Shown piece after piece: positions 1-13,158 of a stretch of DNA of 64,000 nucleotides. The DNA comes from the human T2T-CHM13v2.0 reference genome, Homo sapiens. The translations under genes and the position numbers were made by a program. The DNA lies in assembly GCF_009914755.1 (NCBI RefSeq), contig NC_060927.1. One strand, given 5' to 3'. The stretch's first letter is position 1. Every line of letters begins with the position of its first letter. Below the pieces are notes generated by a model. It saw nothing but the letters and a program-made list of their open reading frames with translations, ran no database searches and had not been told where the DNA came from.

Positions 1-399
1 GTATCAATGTTGCAAAATGTTGCTAAACTGAGCACCTGGATTACATGCTGTGCTAAATAGAGACAGAGAAGAATAGGCAGAAATTTTATTTTAGAAACCT
101 TTATGAGTGCAATATCCTGGGAAAATTAGGCTAACTGATGGGATTAGTTTATTAGCAAGGTTCTAAACAACAGACACACATAATTTCCCCACTTTTAAAA
201 TTAAGGGCTAACAGACTTGGAGAGACTAAATCAATAATGCCTCTATAGCAGAAGGTAAAAGAAAATGATGGTGGTAGTAAATATTTATTTTTTGTAGGCA
301 CTCAATATCCTTTTCCAAATTTCTTGAAACTTTTTGCTATTTTGGGGGTAGGAGGGAGTGGATCTTCTCCTTGCATTGAGTACAGTGTTGGTATTGGCA

Positions 400-745
400 A
401 ATTCAGGTACCTGTCTCGTCTCTTTGGAAGTATGGGCTTCCCTGAGGTTCTTTCTGTCAGATTCTCTTTCTTACAGCTCCATGACAGGCAAGCAGTGAGC
501 ATGTGCCCTAAACTTAGCTAATCGCTCTCCTAGAAAACAAAACAAAAGGCTGAGTCCAATCATTCTAGGAGAGGATGTCCACGGAGATACTGCTGAGACT
601 TTGGAAGGTACCTGGCTCTTGATGGTTTCTTCAGTCTTCTTTATGATCATGTACATTGTCCCATAGCTTCCTAATAATACAATTCTTGCTCAAATTAAGT
701 AGGCTTGCTTCTGTTGCTAGCAACCAAAGAACCTTAATTAATATA
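400..745 (+). mobile_element. Old ERVL-class LTR fragment (LTR16/LTR33-like)
   Basis: Contains 'gagcatgtgccctaaacttagctaatc' and the 3' terminus 'cttctgttgctagcaaccaaagaaccttaattaata', both typical of LTR16/33-family LTRs. Boundaries approximate. Confidence 0.45.
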
Positions 746-1383
746 GTTTTTAAATTCTACTTAAAATGCTGCAAATAACTACTTCTCACCAGAGCAGAGG
801 GTCAGAGAAACCACCATGTTTGGGGTAGATCTTTGGTAGTAAGAAGGTCAATTGGAATATAGAATTATAACATTCAGACTGTGTAAATCATAAGGAAAAT
901 CTTAAGATCTCAAAATAGTGGTTTCTGCCCATGTTTCTAGATCTTTCTCTGCTTCATCTTCTCACTGTTTGATTAATTAGGATGGAGTTGAGCCATCCAT
1001 ACTTTTTGGCCTAAACAAGGCCCAATACATAAGATAAAAATTACTAATGAAATCTTGATTCAATGCATACCCAAAATGTAATCTATAATCAGGGAAGTTT
1101 GCAAAGAAAACTGCACCTACTGTGCCCAGGGAGAATGGTTTTCCTTGTCAGTATCCAAGCAGCAACCAGGGAGTTAGGCTAGTGCAAAAGTAATTGTGTT
1201 TTTTAATTTTTTTGTCTCTACAGAACTCTAATATAAAAATATTTCTTAACTAGGATTTACAAATTTTTTGTCTTAGCTGCTGCAGGGAGTCAAACATAAG
1301 GTACTGTTTCTGCCCACAGAGAGCACATAACTTCTTTGAAGAAGTCGCCAGACAAACTAGAAAGTTCTGAGAAAGACGATAGG

Positions 1384-1704
1384 GGCTGGATGTGGTGGCT
1401 CATGCCTGTAATCCAGCACATTCGGAGGCCAAGGTGGGAGGGTCACTTGAGCCTAGGAGTTCAGTACCAGCCTGGGCAACATAGCAAGACCCATCTCTAC
1501 AAAAAAAATTTAAAAAAATTTATCCTGGTATGGTAGAACATGCTTGTGGATAGCTCACAGTGCTATCTCCCAGCTACTTGGGAGGCTGAGGTGGGAAGAT
1601 CACTTGAGCACAGGAAGTTGAGGCTGTAGTGAGCCAAGATTGTGCCACTGCACCCTTGCCTGAGCAACAGAGCAAGACACCCTCTTAAAAAACAAAAAAG
1701 AAAA
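1384..1704 (+). mobile_element. AluJ
   Basis: Dimeric Alu starting ggctggatgtggtggctcatgcctgta, with J-type 'cacttgagcctaggagtt' and 'gcaacatagcaagacc', an A-rich linker and an A-rich tail. Confidence 0.93.
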
Positions 1705-1906
1705 GAAGATGGATGGGAAGACTTTGTAGAGAAAAATAGAATTCTTTTCTTTGAGAATTACTGTTCACCTTCAGTAAGCAGCTGATTTCACAGCTCAGGC
1801 TAGACCTAGATGGTGTCACTGCTTCTTAAGGCCAGTGGTCTAGCTGATTTTATCCAGGATGGCCTCTGCCAAAGAGGACTAGGGCTGACTTTAGCCATAG
1901 GTAGGG

Positions 1907-1950
<44 letters not shown>
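1907..1950. repeat. (TG)n microsatellite
   Basis: About 20 near-perfect TG units. Confidence 0.98.
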
Positions 1951-1952
<2 letters not shown>

Positions 1953-2380
1953 GGGAGTGACAAAGAGAAGATAAACATCTGTGTGCTGTTTTCCATTAGT
2001 TTCCCTGAAAGCAGCAATGGAAGTCAAGTGTATCACAAAGCAATTTCCTTCCTAAAGTTGTAAATTGCTGTGAGGAGGAAATTTGTGAAAAATTGATAGT
2101 GATGTACAAATAATAAAACAAAATGTTTGAACTGGAGCCCAGGAGATGAGCATTCCTCTCTATTCACTTATTCTTTCTTGTGGCCAAGCATGTCTGATCC
2201 TTTTAGAAGGGCCGTTTGCCGATAAGTCTAATCCCTGATATTTATTAGGTCTATTTGCGTGTGGCTAAATCAGCTAAATTAATTATATTTGCTTGCTCTT
2301 ATTCTGTGGAATAAGAAAGCAGTAAAAGTGGTATTTTTCCAAGTTAACATTCTGAGACAGCATGAGAAAGAATTAGGATT

Positions 2381-3736
2381 CAGAATAGAGAACCCAGAAA
2401 TAAGACTGCACACCTACAACCATCTGATTTTCAACAAACCTGACAAAAGCAATGGGGTAAGGATTCCCTATTTAATAAATGGTGCTGGGAGAACTGGCTA
2501 GCCATGTACGGAAAACTGAAACTGGACCCCTTCCTGACACTGTATACAAAAACCAACTCAAGCTAGATCAAAGACTTAAATTTAAAACCCAAAACTATAA
2601 AAACACTGGAAGAAAATCTAGGCAATACCATTCAGGACATAGGCATGGCAAAGATTTCATGACGAAGATGCTGAAAGTAATTGCAACAAAAGTAAAAATT
2701 GACAAATGGGATCTAATTAAACTAAAAAGCTTCTGCATAGCAAAAGAAACTATCAACAGAGTAAACAGACAACATATAGAATGGGAGAAAATTTCTGCAA
2801 TCTATGCATCTGACAAAGGTCTAATATCCAATATCTATAAGGAACTTAAATAAATTTACAAGAAAAAAACATTAAAAAGTGGACAAAGGACATGAACAGA
2901 CATTTCTCAAAAGAAGACATACATATGGCCAAGATATATATGAAAAAAGCTCAACATTACTGATCATTAGAGAAATAAAACCAGTATGAGATACCATGTC
3001 ACACCAGTCAGAATGGCAATTATTAAAAAGTCAAAAAATTCCAGATGCTGGCAAGGTTGCAGAGAAAAAAGAATGCCTTCACCCTGTTGGTGGAAGTATA
3101 TATTAGTTCAATCATTGTGGAAGACAGTGTGGTGATTTCTCAAAAACCTAGAGACAGAAATACCATTTGACCCAGAAATCCCATTACTGGGTATATATGC
3201 AAAGAAATATAAATCATTCTATTATAAAGACACTTGTACATGTATGTTCATTGCAGCACTATTCACAATAGCAAAGACATGTAATCAAACTAAATGCCCA
3301 TCAGTGACAGACTGGATAAAGAAAATGTGGTACATATACACCATGGAATATTATGCAGCCATAAAAAGGAATAAGATCATGTTCTTTGCGGGGACATGGA
3401 TGGAGCTGGAGGCCATTATCCTCAGCAAACTAATGCAGGAACAGCAAACCAAACACTGCATGTTCTCACTTAAAAGTGGGAGCTAAATGATGCGAACACA
3501 TGGACACACGAGGGGGAACAACACATTGGGAACTGTCAGAGGGTGGGGTGTGGGAGGAAGGAGAGGATCAGGAAGAATAGCTAATGGATGCTGGGCTTAA
3601 TACCTGGGTGATGGGATGACCTGTGCAGCATACCATCATAACATGTTTTTCTGTGTAACAAACCTGCACATCCTGCACATGCACTTAAAATAAAAGTTGG
3701 AAATAAAAAATAAAATAAACACAAAAAACAAAAAAA
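2381..3736 (+). mobile_element. 5'-truncated L1 (older L1PA, about L1PA10-13): ORF2 C-terminus, 3'UTR and A-tail
   Basis: ORF2 peptides [14 protein letters not shown] and [12 protein letters not shown]; 3'UTR 'gaagaatagctaatggatgctgggcttaatacc'; A-rich tail. Confidence 0.95.
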
Positions 3737-3806
3737 GTAGGGTTTATGATAACATTTAAACCTTTTACTACCTTCATTGTAATAAAATGTAGGAGACAAA
3801 CTATTC

Positions 3807-3971
3807 TCCTTTGTTTTCTTTTTTTTTTAACCATGTAATGTATTTTTATTTATATTATATGTACAAAAAATCTGAATTCAGCATTTTGTTATAGAGTTGG
3901 GACAGGTGTTTGTGAAATTTCAATTTTTTTTTTTTTATTATACTTTAAGTTTTAGGTTATCCTTTGTTTTC
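3807..3971 (-). mobile_element. Extremely truncated young L1PA 3' end carrying a 95-bp 3' transduction, flanked by 12-bp TSDs
   Basis: TCCTTTGTTTTC at 3807-3818 and 3960-3971; T10 at 3819-3828; unique 3829-3923 with minus-strand AATAAA at 3845-3850; T13 at 3924-3936; L1 terminus attatactttaagttttagg at 3937-3956. Confidence 0.85.
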
Positions 3972-4429
3972 CAATGGGGAGAAACAAAGTAACCTTCCAC
4001 ATATGTCTCTTAAAGTCAGAGTTGGAATAGGAAGTCTCATCGAACTTCAAAACAGCTTGATTCACTAGGGCATGTTGCCTTCCTCTGAGCATAAAATAAA
4101 AATAGCCCAACTTAATCAAACAATGTTTGCCAAGTTCCAGTCTTTAGGGAACTTTTATTTTTATAGTCAAGAGTAGCACACACTTTATACTAGGCAATTT
4201 TAATGGCAGTATTGGGACAATCTATACTATTGCTTCACAAATGGAGTACAAAAGCCTGTGGGTATATTTACCTATTAAAAGTGGTGTTAGAGAAGGAGAG
4301 CCGATCACACTAGAAAATAAATGCCTGGTCACTGCACCCATTTGGGAAAAATCTCTTGTTTGGTTCTGAAACTGAAATATCATTTGCAATGCTTTCCCTT
4401 CCCTGCTAGTCCTTTTAACAATAGTAAAT

Positions 4430-4510
4430 TATAACTGCTACGAGGCAAGGACTACATCTTGTCTCTGCTTTTCAGAGATAAATGTTTGCTGAATGAGTGA
4501 AGAGATGAAT
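4430..4510 (+). mobile_element. L2 3' end fragment
   Basis: 'gaggcaaggactacatcttg' ... 'ataaatgtttgctgaatgagtga' matches the L2 terminus pattern. Confidence 0.55.
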
Positions 4511-4669
4511 GTGTAAAATTATAAGCAATCTTTAAGACAAAAAATATTTTATATCTCTCTGAGTAGCAAGTAAGAAGTATATAGCCAAATTGAATCCAAC
4601 AGTAATGTAATTATAGTGTTTTTTGAGTAATGTAATAATAGTTTTTTGAATAGGTGCTTCATATATACT

Positions 4670-4825
4670 AGTTGATGTAATCATCAAAATAAGTCTATGG
4701 ACTAAGTATTATTGTTAGAGCTATCTCACAGATGAAAAACTGTGGTACAGTGTGATCAAGTCACTTACTTATTGTCTCACAGCTAGTAAAGGGAGGAAGA
4801 AGGATTGGAATCCAGACCTAGTGCT
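4670..4825 (-). mobile_element. MIR
   Basis: 'cacagatgaaaaactgtgg...aagtcactta...tcacagctagtaaagg...ggattggaatccag' is the MIR core in reverse. Confidence 0.7.
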
Positions 4826-6637
4826 GCTGCTATTTACTTACAGTTTGGTACACAAATTGCCATGGCAAATGCCCATCAGAGCATGAGGGTCTCAGCTGAA
4901 GTGCTTTACATAGATTACTAAGTAGGTGTACACTTTACCTGGACTATCCACATCATGTCATGAAGACCCCAGTCTTTTTTCCCCCAAGAGGGACCTCTGG
5001 AAAAATGAAATCCATCAGTTTGATTTCATTCAAGACATGGAAAAATATTTACTGAAAAGTCAACAAGTAAGCAGCCTGTAGATAAATTATAGAATTTCAG
5101 AGAAAACTTTGTAAAAGTGAGCATTCCAATGTCACTGCCAGCTTCTGGAGAAAATTTAGTTCCCATTTTCTTGGGTAGTTCAGGGACAGGGCAGCACTGT
5201 GGGAGACTCGGACTTGGATTCTTTATAAAATGAGACCCTTCCCATTTTTTTGTTTTTTTTCTGAATTACGGTTGGCCCTGGCCTGCAGGAGAGTCCTCAG
5301 ATCTCTGTATAATATCATCCTGACATTGGAATCATTTTTACCTCTCAACAGCAAGTTGGAGAGCCTTTCCATAAGGATTCCTTTTTACATTGGATCAGTG
5401 AGACACATAAATTGTGTCCACTTCTCCCCATCACCTACTTCTATTTGAAACAAACACTGGGCAGGAAGAGCCCAATTACCTAGGTTCACAGTGAAAAAGA
5501 AAGGTCATTTCCATTTCCCTTCTCCCATCACTGCTGAAGTGGTGTTCCCTGCACTGAAGTTTGCTTGTTCTGGAGCCTGCCTTCGTGCTGCTAGGGGTGA
5601 GCTCTGACGGAAGAAAGGACATTTAAGAACACAGAATCCTGGTTTTCTCTAAGCAAGATACTTAGAAAAGAAAGAGATAAATCTGTAGTTTGATTTAACT
5701 TGGCTTTTGTTCCATGAAGGTTTGTTTTCTTTTTGCACCTTTTTATTAATGCATGTGAGAACCTATTTTGAAAGCTATCAGGCAAACTTACTTGGCCCTA
5801 GAAACTCTGATCCAGGAGAAAAATCCCAAGAAAATGTCATTGTGTGACATGACACAGTATGATGAGGGCGCTAGAATCAGGGGGTGCAGAGGTGCCTTGG
5901 GATGTCTAGAGAGGGAGGATGACACAACAGCAAAGATGAGCCAGTAGGTCTTAGAGACTGGCGGTGCGGTGTCTTAATTCTGCTTTAGTGTACAGTCCTT
6001 TGGGGAGGTCACAATCTGGATGAAAATCTGGACACTGTCCATTTCTACCATCTTGTGTTTAAGTAAGAAGGGAAATAAAATGGGCCCTCAAGCTCCACCA
6101 TGACTACTTCCCACAGAGTGCCACACACCCCATTATTAGTACAATTCCAGAAATATGTGTGATGCTTTCCGTTGCCTCTAACTTGACAAGTGTGATTCGC
6201 AAATCTCTAAAGAATTCTATTCTGCTAAATATTCAGGAGGGTGTCTGACAGAGTGAAAGAAGGAAAATTAAGCAGAGAAAAAAAGGGCCAGGCAAGAGAG
6301 ATAAAACATACAGTTATTGGAATTTATAAAATAGGAGATAATGTTATTCATACCAAATATTTTATCATATTGGGAAAAAATAAATCTACCATATCAATTA
6401 ACATTTTGTCATTTTTTCATCAAACTTAATATTTCAGAAAAAAGGATAATCAGTTTATGACAGCATGATTCCTTTATAAGTCCTTTAATTTTATTTTATT
6501 TAGAACATTTTTGGGATAAGTAATTTGGAGAAAGTATTTCTGTTTCCTAGTGAGAGGAAAACTCCACCTCTTTTTTCATGGTGTGATGATTCTAGTCCAA
6601 ACGCAATGAATTTCTGGAAATGGCAAGTGAGACACTT

Positions 6638-6692
6638 GTTGCCATGGTGATTGTTAATAGTTCTGACTCAGATATAGTGTTGCCATAGCAAC
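6638..6692. promoter_or_regulatory. Paired RFX X-box motifs flanking an AP-1 site (candidate enhancer or promoter)
   Basis: GTTGCCATGGTGAT (6638-6651), TGACTCA (6664-6670) and GTTGCCATAGCAAC (6679-6692) in apparently non-repeat sequence. Confidence 0.6.
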
Positions 6693-7166
6693 TGCATTGA
6701 AGCCCTTGGGTGGTGGTGCGGTCTTTTTTTTTTTTTAATCAGCAGAAAGAGGCTAGGAAGAACCATTTTAGTAGCTTCTTGCTGCACTGCGGTGACGAAG
6801 CTTTCAAGGCTATTTCATCCAGATGAAAGATCATCCTGTTCCTGCACTGATGAAACAGATATGTTACACTGTGCAGGATAAATATAGTCCCATATATCAT
6901 AGTAGCAAGCACATTATCTTCCTGTTAATGAATTCTAATTTTCTGACTGTAATGGTTTCTAATAACACAGGTAGTCTCAAGTGAATATCTTGAAGAATCC
7001 TTAATGTCACTGCCAATACAAAAAAATTAAAGGTCAAAGACTGAATAGGCCCAAATCATGGAGAGGTAGACAGTTTTAGCTTTAATGCATCCCTATAAGG
7101 ACAAGGCACATGGCTGACAAAGCATTTTGAAGGTCCTTTTGGAATGGTTGGGGTTTGGTCGTCTAG

Positions 7167-7498
<332 letters not shown>

Positions 7499-7986
7499 CC
7501 AGTTCTTAAAGTAATGATTGGCATGCAGGAAATCCCCAATGAATCAATTTATCAGGTAATGGATAGTAGTGTTTATTTGTCCCGAAGACCATTCATATAA
7601 CTTGGCATTGTTTTAAGGCCTTTACTACATTCTTTTGCACTTAAAGACAAGTGTGTTAAGCAGATCTGTGTTCCTGAAAAATGGATAAATTGATGCAATT
7701 TTCTTATGTCAGGGACTATTCCCGCTTTCCAGTGTGAACTATCCAGGATCTGACATTCTCAGAACCCTTAAACTTTCATTCAGGTGTGTGAAACCGCTGG
7801 AATTGAATTTAAATGCAATCCCTTTGTGTAGCCCTTTCTGTAGTTAGCAGATTAGAACAAGTCTCTGAGAATGTCCTCGCTGCTGAAACAGTAGTTCAAA
7901 GTGATGGGATAGCAACACTGGCTAAACTCTAAGATTGGCTTCTCTCATATTTAGTTCACTCTCAACTGCCCCTTATTTTTGTTTTC

Positions 7987-8220
<234 letters not shown>

Positions 8221-8353
8221 TAGCTCTGTTTTAGATAAAAAATTGGGCGACCCCAACATCTATCTGTTGCTTTTTCATGGTAGCCCTCATTATGTCTTCT
8301 CCTCTTTTCTCTTTCCTTTTTCCCAAACAATACCAGTTTCTTTTTGAAAAATC

Positions 8354-8456
8354 TTTTTTTTAAATTGTCGTTTAAAACACATAACATAAATTTACCATCT
8401 CAAACATTTTTAAGTGTACATTTTAGTAGTGTTAAGTATATTCACATTGTTGTGAA
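8354..8456 (-). mobile_element. L1MB 3' end fragment
   Basis: 'aacataaatttaccatct...tttttaagtgtaca...gttaagtatattcacattgttgtg'. Confidence 0.75.
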
Positions 8457-8469
8457 GACTTCTGTCTTA

Positions 8470-8712
8470 TTTTCTAATTTTTATTTTTAAGTTCTGGGGT
8501 ACATGTGCAGGATGTGCAGGTTTGTTAAAGAGGTAAACGTGTGCCATGGTAGTTTCCTGCGCCTATCAACCCATCACCTAGGTATTAAGCCCAGCATGCA
8601 TGAGCTATTTTTCCTAATGCTCTCCCTCCCCCACCCCACCCCGCAACAGGCCCCAGTGTGTGTTGTTTCTCTCCCTGTGTCCATGTGTTCTCGTTGTTCA
8701 GCTCCTACTTAT
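8470..8712 (-). mobile_element. Older L1PA 3'UTR fragment
   Basis: 'ttttaagttctggggtacatgtgcaggatgtgcagg...cccatcacctaggtattaagccc'. Confidence 0.9.
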
Positions 8713-9105
8713 TATACCTGGTTAAAAACTTGTAACACAAGACAAGAAGGTGGAAGTAATGAGGACGTGGGAAGGGGAAGTTTAAGTGTAGTCTCTACAA
8801 GTGAAATATGGTTGAGAAAAGAGGCAATATGAGTAGAGTGCTGGCTATAGTGTATATGAACTCTGTACAGAGTGTCAGAAAGCCGGGAATGGGCCATTTT
8901 AGCACAGTAGAAGTTCATAGAAATCCAAGTAAAACAGTTGCAGACATCAACCCAAATCAGTTGTGTATCTGAGAAGAGGATTTAGCCAGTGCTTAAGTAC
9001 AGGGAGTGGGAGGCAACATGGTGACTCTGGAGGAATATTCAGCACAAAGGAAATAACAGTATTTTGAAGTCTTAAAAGAAAAGGCAGGCATAACTTTGAA
9101 AATAA

Positions 9106-9439
<334 letters not shown>

Positions 9440-11609
9440 GAAAATTGACTTTTCTTAGAAAATGCAAGACTACCTTTAGGAAAGAGCATAAATCTGAAAG
9501 CACTGTAGGATAAGATGCAAAGGCAGATGGATGAAATAACGCTTAACATGTCTAACACTGTGCCCAGCCCTATGGATTTGAATAAATCACCCTTAACTAA
9601 GAAGCCATTGAATGTTAACACATACAAATGCATAGAAATCAAGACAGTATGCGATTACCTGTTAAGGACCTATAAAAATGACACAGATTGTTTGTGCTCT
9701 GGGCAGTCGGAAAAAGGTGAGATCATTGTTATCTGGAAGTATCAGAGAGAGCTACAGAGTTTGGCTCAATAGGAGAGAATTGGGGATTTAGAAAGGGACA
9801 GGGGCACGAGCAAAAGCTTTTACTTGTTTTGAGCAAATGGCATCCTCCTCAAACTATCCTCAGATAATCTTATTCTTACAGTCTTATTCTCATAAATGTT
9901 AACATTTCAAAATCTGACAGCACTTTCTGCTCACTATCATCTTACCTGGACTGCTTCTGATCCTTTTAGACTAGGTTCAGTTCACCTATCTCCTGTTCAC
10001 AGACTCCTCTCAGGCAGGATTGTAAAACATTTAATGTCTCAATCATACATTTGTTTTTCTAACTGAAGTCCAATCAGGCATTTTTCTGGCAATCTCCTAT
10101 CATAATAACTTTGTATGGTAGTCAGGGTTGATGATAATCATTCCATTTCATAGGCAAGAATGCTAAAATGTTAAAAAATTTTCATAGACTTTCCTTCCAT
10201 AAAGCAAGAAAATTTAAGAGTCTGGACTTATATCCAGAGTTTTTGATTCCCAGTCTCAGGCTCTTTTGGCAACATTATTAACTGAGCAGTAAGAATAAGG
10301 GAAGATAAAGGAGGTAGAAATGGGCAAGTAAATATGTTTGATTATTTTTTTAAAGATGGGAGTAGGATTATGAATGTTTAAAGACACCAAGAAGAAACTT
10401 GTCCCACTGCCTTCAAAAGACATATCTACCCTAATTATTTATTCAGCTATGGATAAAGGATGTTAACATTAGAGTGTCTTTTTTTTTTTTTTAAGGAAAA
10501 AAGAATGTCACGTGTTGGAATTGTGACACAGATTTGGCAATCACAGTTATGGCAATGGACAGTCAAGAAAGTTACATCATATTCACTTACAAGGCAGAAT
10601 AGCATGCTCCTTATGGCTGCCTTCTACAGTGCTGCTAACCATGGTTGATGTAAGGCAGTTGTAGCCACATCTTATTGATAGTAGAGAACTGCTATGGGAA
10701 AGCAAGATTCTGGGATGACCAGAGGGATGGTGTGAAGTTTTCACATAACAATATAGTAGTTCAGTGTAGTCAATCTGGCTAACAATCTGATGTGACATTT
10801 CTCAATTCATTTTATTCACATGTATAAAAGGGTTCTTGTACTTTCTTGATACATACACTTTTGATGGTTGAATACATTTTAAATTGCTTCAATCTGAAGT
10901 CTTCCTTTCTTATTTTTAATATTTTCTACCTTTAGCAATCATCGTATGCTCTTTGTATGTCATGGACTTTTATACACATTTGATTTTTTAAAAAATCTAC
11001 AATCTCAATAATTCCATTGTCACTTCTCCCTGTTTGAAAGGTGTGTGAGGAGGACTCATACATGGGTGTGTAAAGGACATTGGTTCTGTGAGAGCAAACA
11101 TGGTAACTCTTCATTCATTACCCATGAAAACTTAGCTAAACTTGATCACATTTTCAGAGTGAACAGTTAAAAAAAATAACATGCTTTTTAATTTTGTTTT
11201 CTTGTACCCAGAGAATTACGATTCAAACTTTAGGAACTCACAGTATTGACAGCATTTTAGACTTAAAGAGAACCAGGATGCTGGATAAGCCTGACTTTTA
11301 GGGCTTATCTCATATTCCACCTTGAATGACTTCCCACTGTCAGAAATAATAATTCTGAACCCTAGAAGCAGTTGGTAACCCTCTCATTATTTTAATGTGC
11401 TTTGGATATACATAATAAAATATGTGATTTTCTTCCTTTCTTTTCCATTGAATTAACACTAATTGGCCATCGCTGTCTAGCTGCTGGTTCCATGTTGGCC
11501 CTGTAACCCCTAATTCTCTTCAATATTTAGGCTCTTAGCAGAGAGAGCCATCTTACCTGATAAACAGACATGGGCCCATCTCCTTGAGGACAACTGCAAC
11601 TGCCTCAGA

Positions 11610-11760
11610 ATTATATTTGTTTCCTAAGGCTGCTGTAACAAAGTACCACAAACTGGGAGGTATAAACAGCAGAAATTTATTGTCTCATAGTTCTGAAGGC
11701 TATAGATATTCAAGATCAGAGAGTCAGCAGGGTTGGTTCTTTCTAAGGGCTGTGAGGCAG
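11610..11760 (-). mobile_element. MLT1 (MaLR) LTR fragment, cut by L1MA2
   Basis: 'tttcctaaggctgctgtaacaaagtaccacaaactggg...agaaatttattgtctcatagttctg'. Confidence 0.85.
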
Positions 11761-11762
11761 CC

Positions 11763-13158
11763 TTTAATTTTTAATTTTTGTAGGTACATAGTAGTTGTAT
11801 ATATTTATGGGGTACATAAGGTATTTTGATACAGGCATGCAATACATAATAATCACATCAGGGTAAATGGGGTATTCATCCTCTCAAGCATTTATCTTTT
11901 GTGTTATAAATAATCCAGTTATACTCTTGTAATTATTTTTAAATGGACAATTAAATTATTTTTGACTACAGTCATCCTGTTGTGCTAGCAAATACTAGGT
12001 CTTATTCACTCTGTCTATTTTTTTTGTACCCATTAACCATCTCCACTGCCTCCCCACCCCCACTACCCTTCCCAGCCTCTGGTAACCGTCTTTCTACCTG
12101 TTATCTCCATGAGTTCAATTATTTTAACTTTTAGCTCCCACAAATAAATGAGAACATGCAATGTTTGTCTTTCTATGCCTGCTTTATTTCACTTAACATA
12201 GTGACCTGCAGTTTCATCCATGTTGTTGCAAATGACAGGATCTCATTCTTTTTGATGGCTAAATAGTACTCCATTGTGCATATGTACCACATTTTCTTTA
12301 GACATTCATCTGTTGATAGACACTTAGATTGCTTCTAAATCTTGGCTATTGTGAATAGCCCTTCAATAAATGTGGGAGTGCAGATATCTCTTTGATATAC
12401 TGATTTTCTTTCTTTTGGGTGCATACCTAGGAGTGAGATTGCTGGGTCTTATAGTAGTTCTATTTTTAGTTTTCTGTAGAACCTCCAAACTATTCTCAAT
12501 AGTGGGTGTATTAATTTATATTCCTACCAACAATATGCAAGGGTTCACTTTTCTCCACATCCTCGCCAGCATTTGTTATTGCCTGACTTTTGGATAAAAA
12601 CCATTTTAACTTGAGTGAGATGATACCTCATTGAAGTTTTAATTTGCATTTCTCTGATGAACATTGATATGGAGCACCTCTTCATGTACCTGTTGGCCAT
12701 TTGTTTGTCTTCTTTTGACAAATATCTATTCAAATCTTTTGCCCCCTTTAAATCAGATTATTAGTTGTTTTTCCTATAGAGTTGTTTGAGGTCCTTCTAT
12801 ATTCTGGCTGTTAATCCCTTGTCAGATGGGTAGTTTGCAAATATTTTCTCCCATTCTGTGGGTTTTCTCTTCACTTCCATTTCCCCCATTCTGTGGGTTG
12901 TCTCTTCATCTTGATTGTTTCCTTTGCTGTGCAGAAGCTTTTAACTTGATGTGATCTCATTTGTCCACTTTTGCATTGGTTGCCTGTGATCGTAGGGTAT
13001 TACTCAAGAAATCTTTGCCCACTCCAATGTCCTAGAGAGTTTCCCCAGTGTTTACTTTTAGTAGTTTAGTAGTCTGAGGTCTTAGATTTAAGTCTCTATA
13101 ACATTCTGATTTGATTTTTGTATATAGCAAGAGATAAGTGTCCGGTTTCATTCTTTTG
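11763..13158 (-). mobile_element. L1MA2-like 3' fragment (about 1.4 kb)
   Basis: 3' end 'tttttgtaggtacatagtagttgtatatatttatggggtacat...aatcacatcagggtaaatgggg'; ORF2 peptide [15 protein letters not shown] on the minus strand. Confidence 0.92.

Noticed and set aside
713-724. GTTGCTAGCAAC palindrome resembling an X-box
   Set aside because: It falls in the usual 3'-terminal motif of LTR16/33-type LTRs, so the repeat explains it.
5860-5875. CTCF-like half motif GAGGGCGCTA (also CCCGGTGGCAG at about 57191)
   Set aside because: The 5' half of the CTCF consensus is missing, so the match is too weak.
9941-11560. Strong minus-strand donor motifs CAG|GTAAGA at about 9945 and 11556, and similar isolated donors at about 21105 and 32438
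   Set aside because: No consistent coding frame or exon chain links them, and such motifs are expected by chance in 64 kb.
12846-12910. Direct repeat of cccattctgtgggtt.tctcttca
   Set aside because: It is a small local duplication inside L1MA2 with no wider significance.
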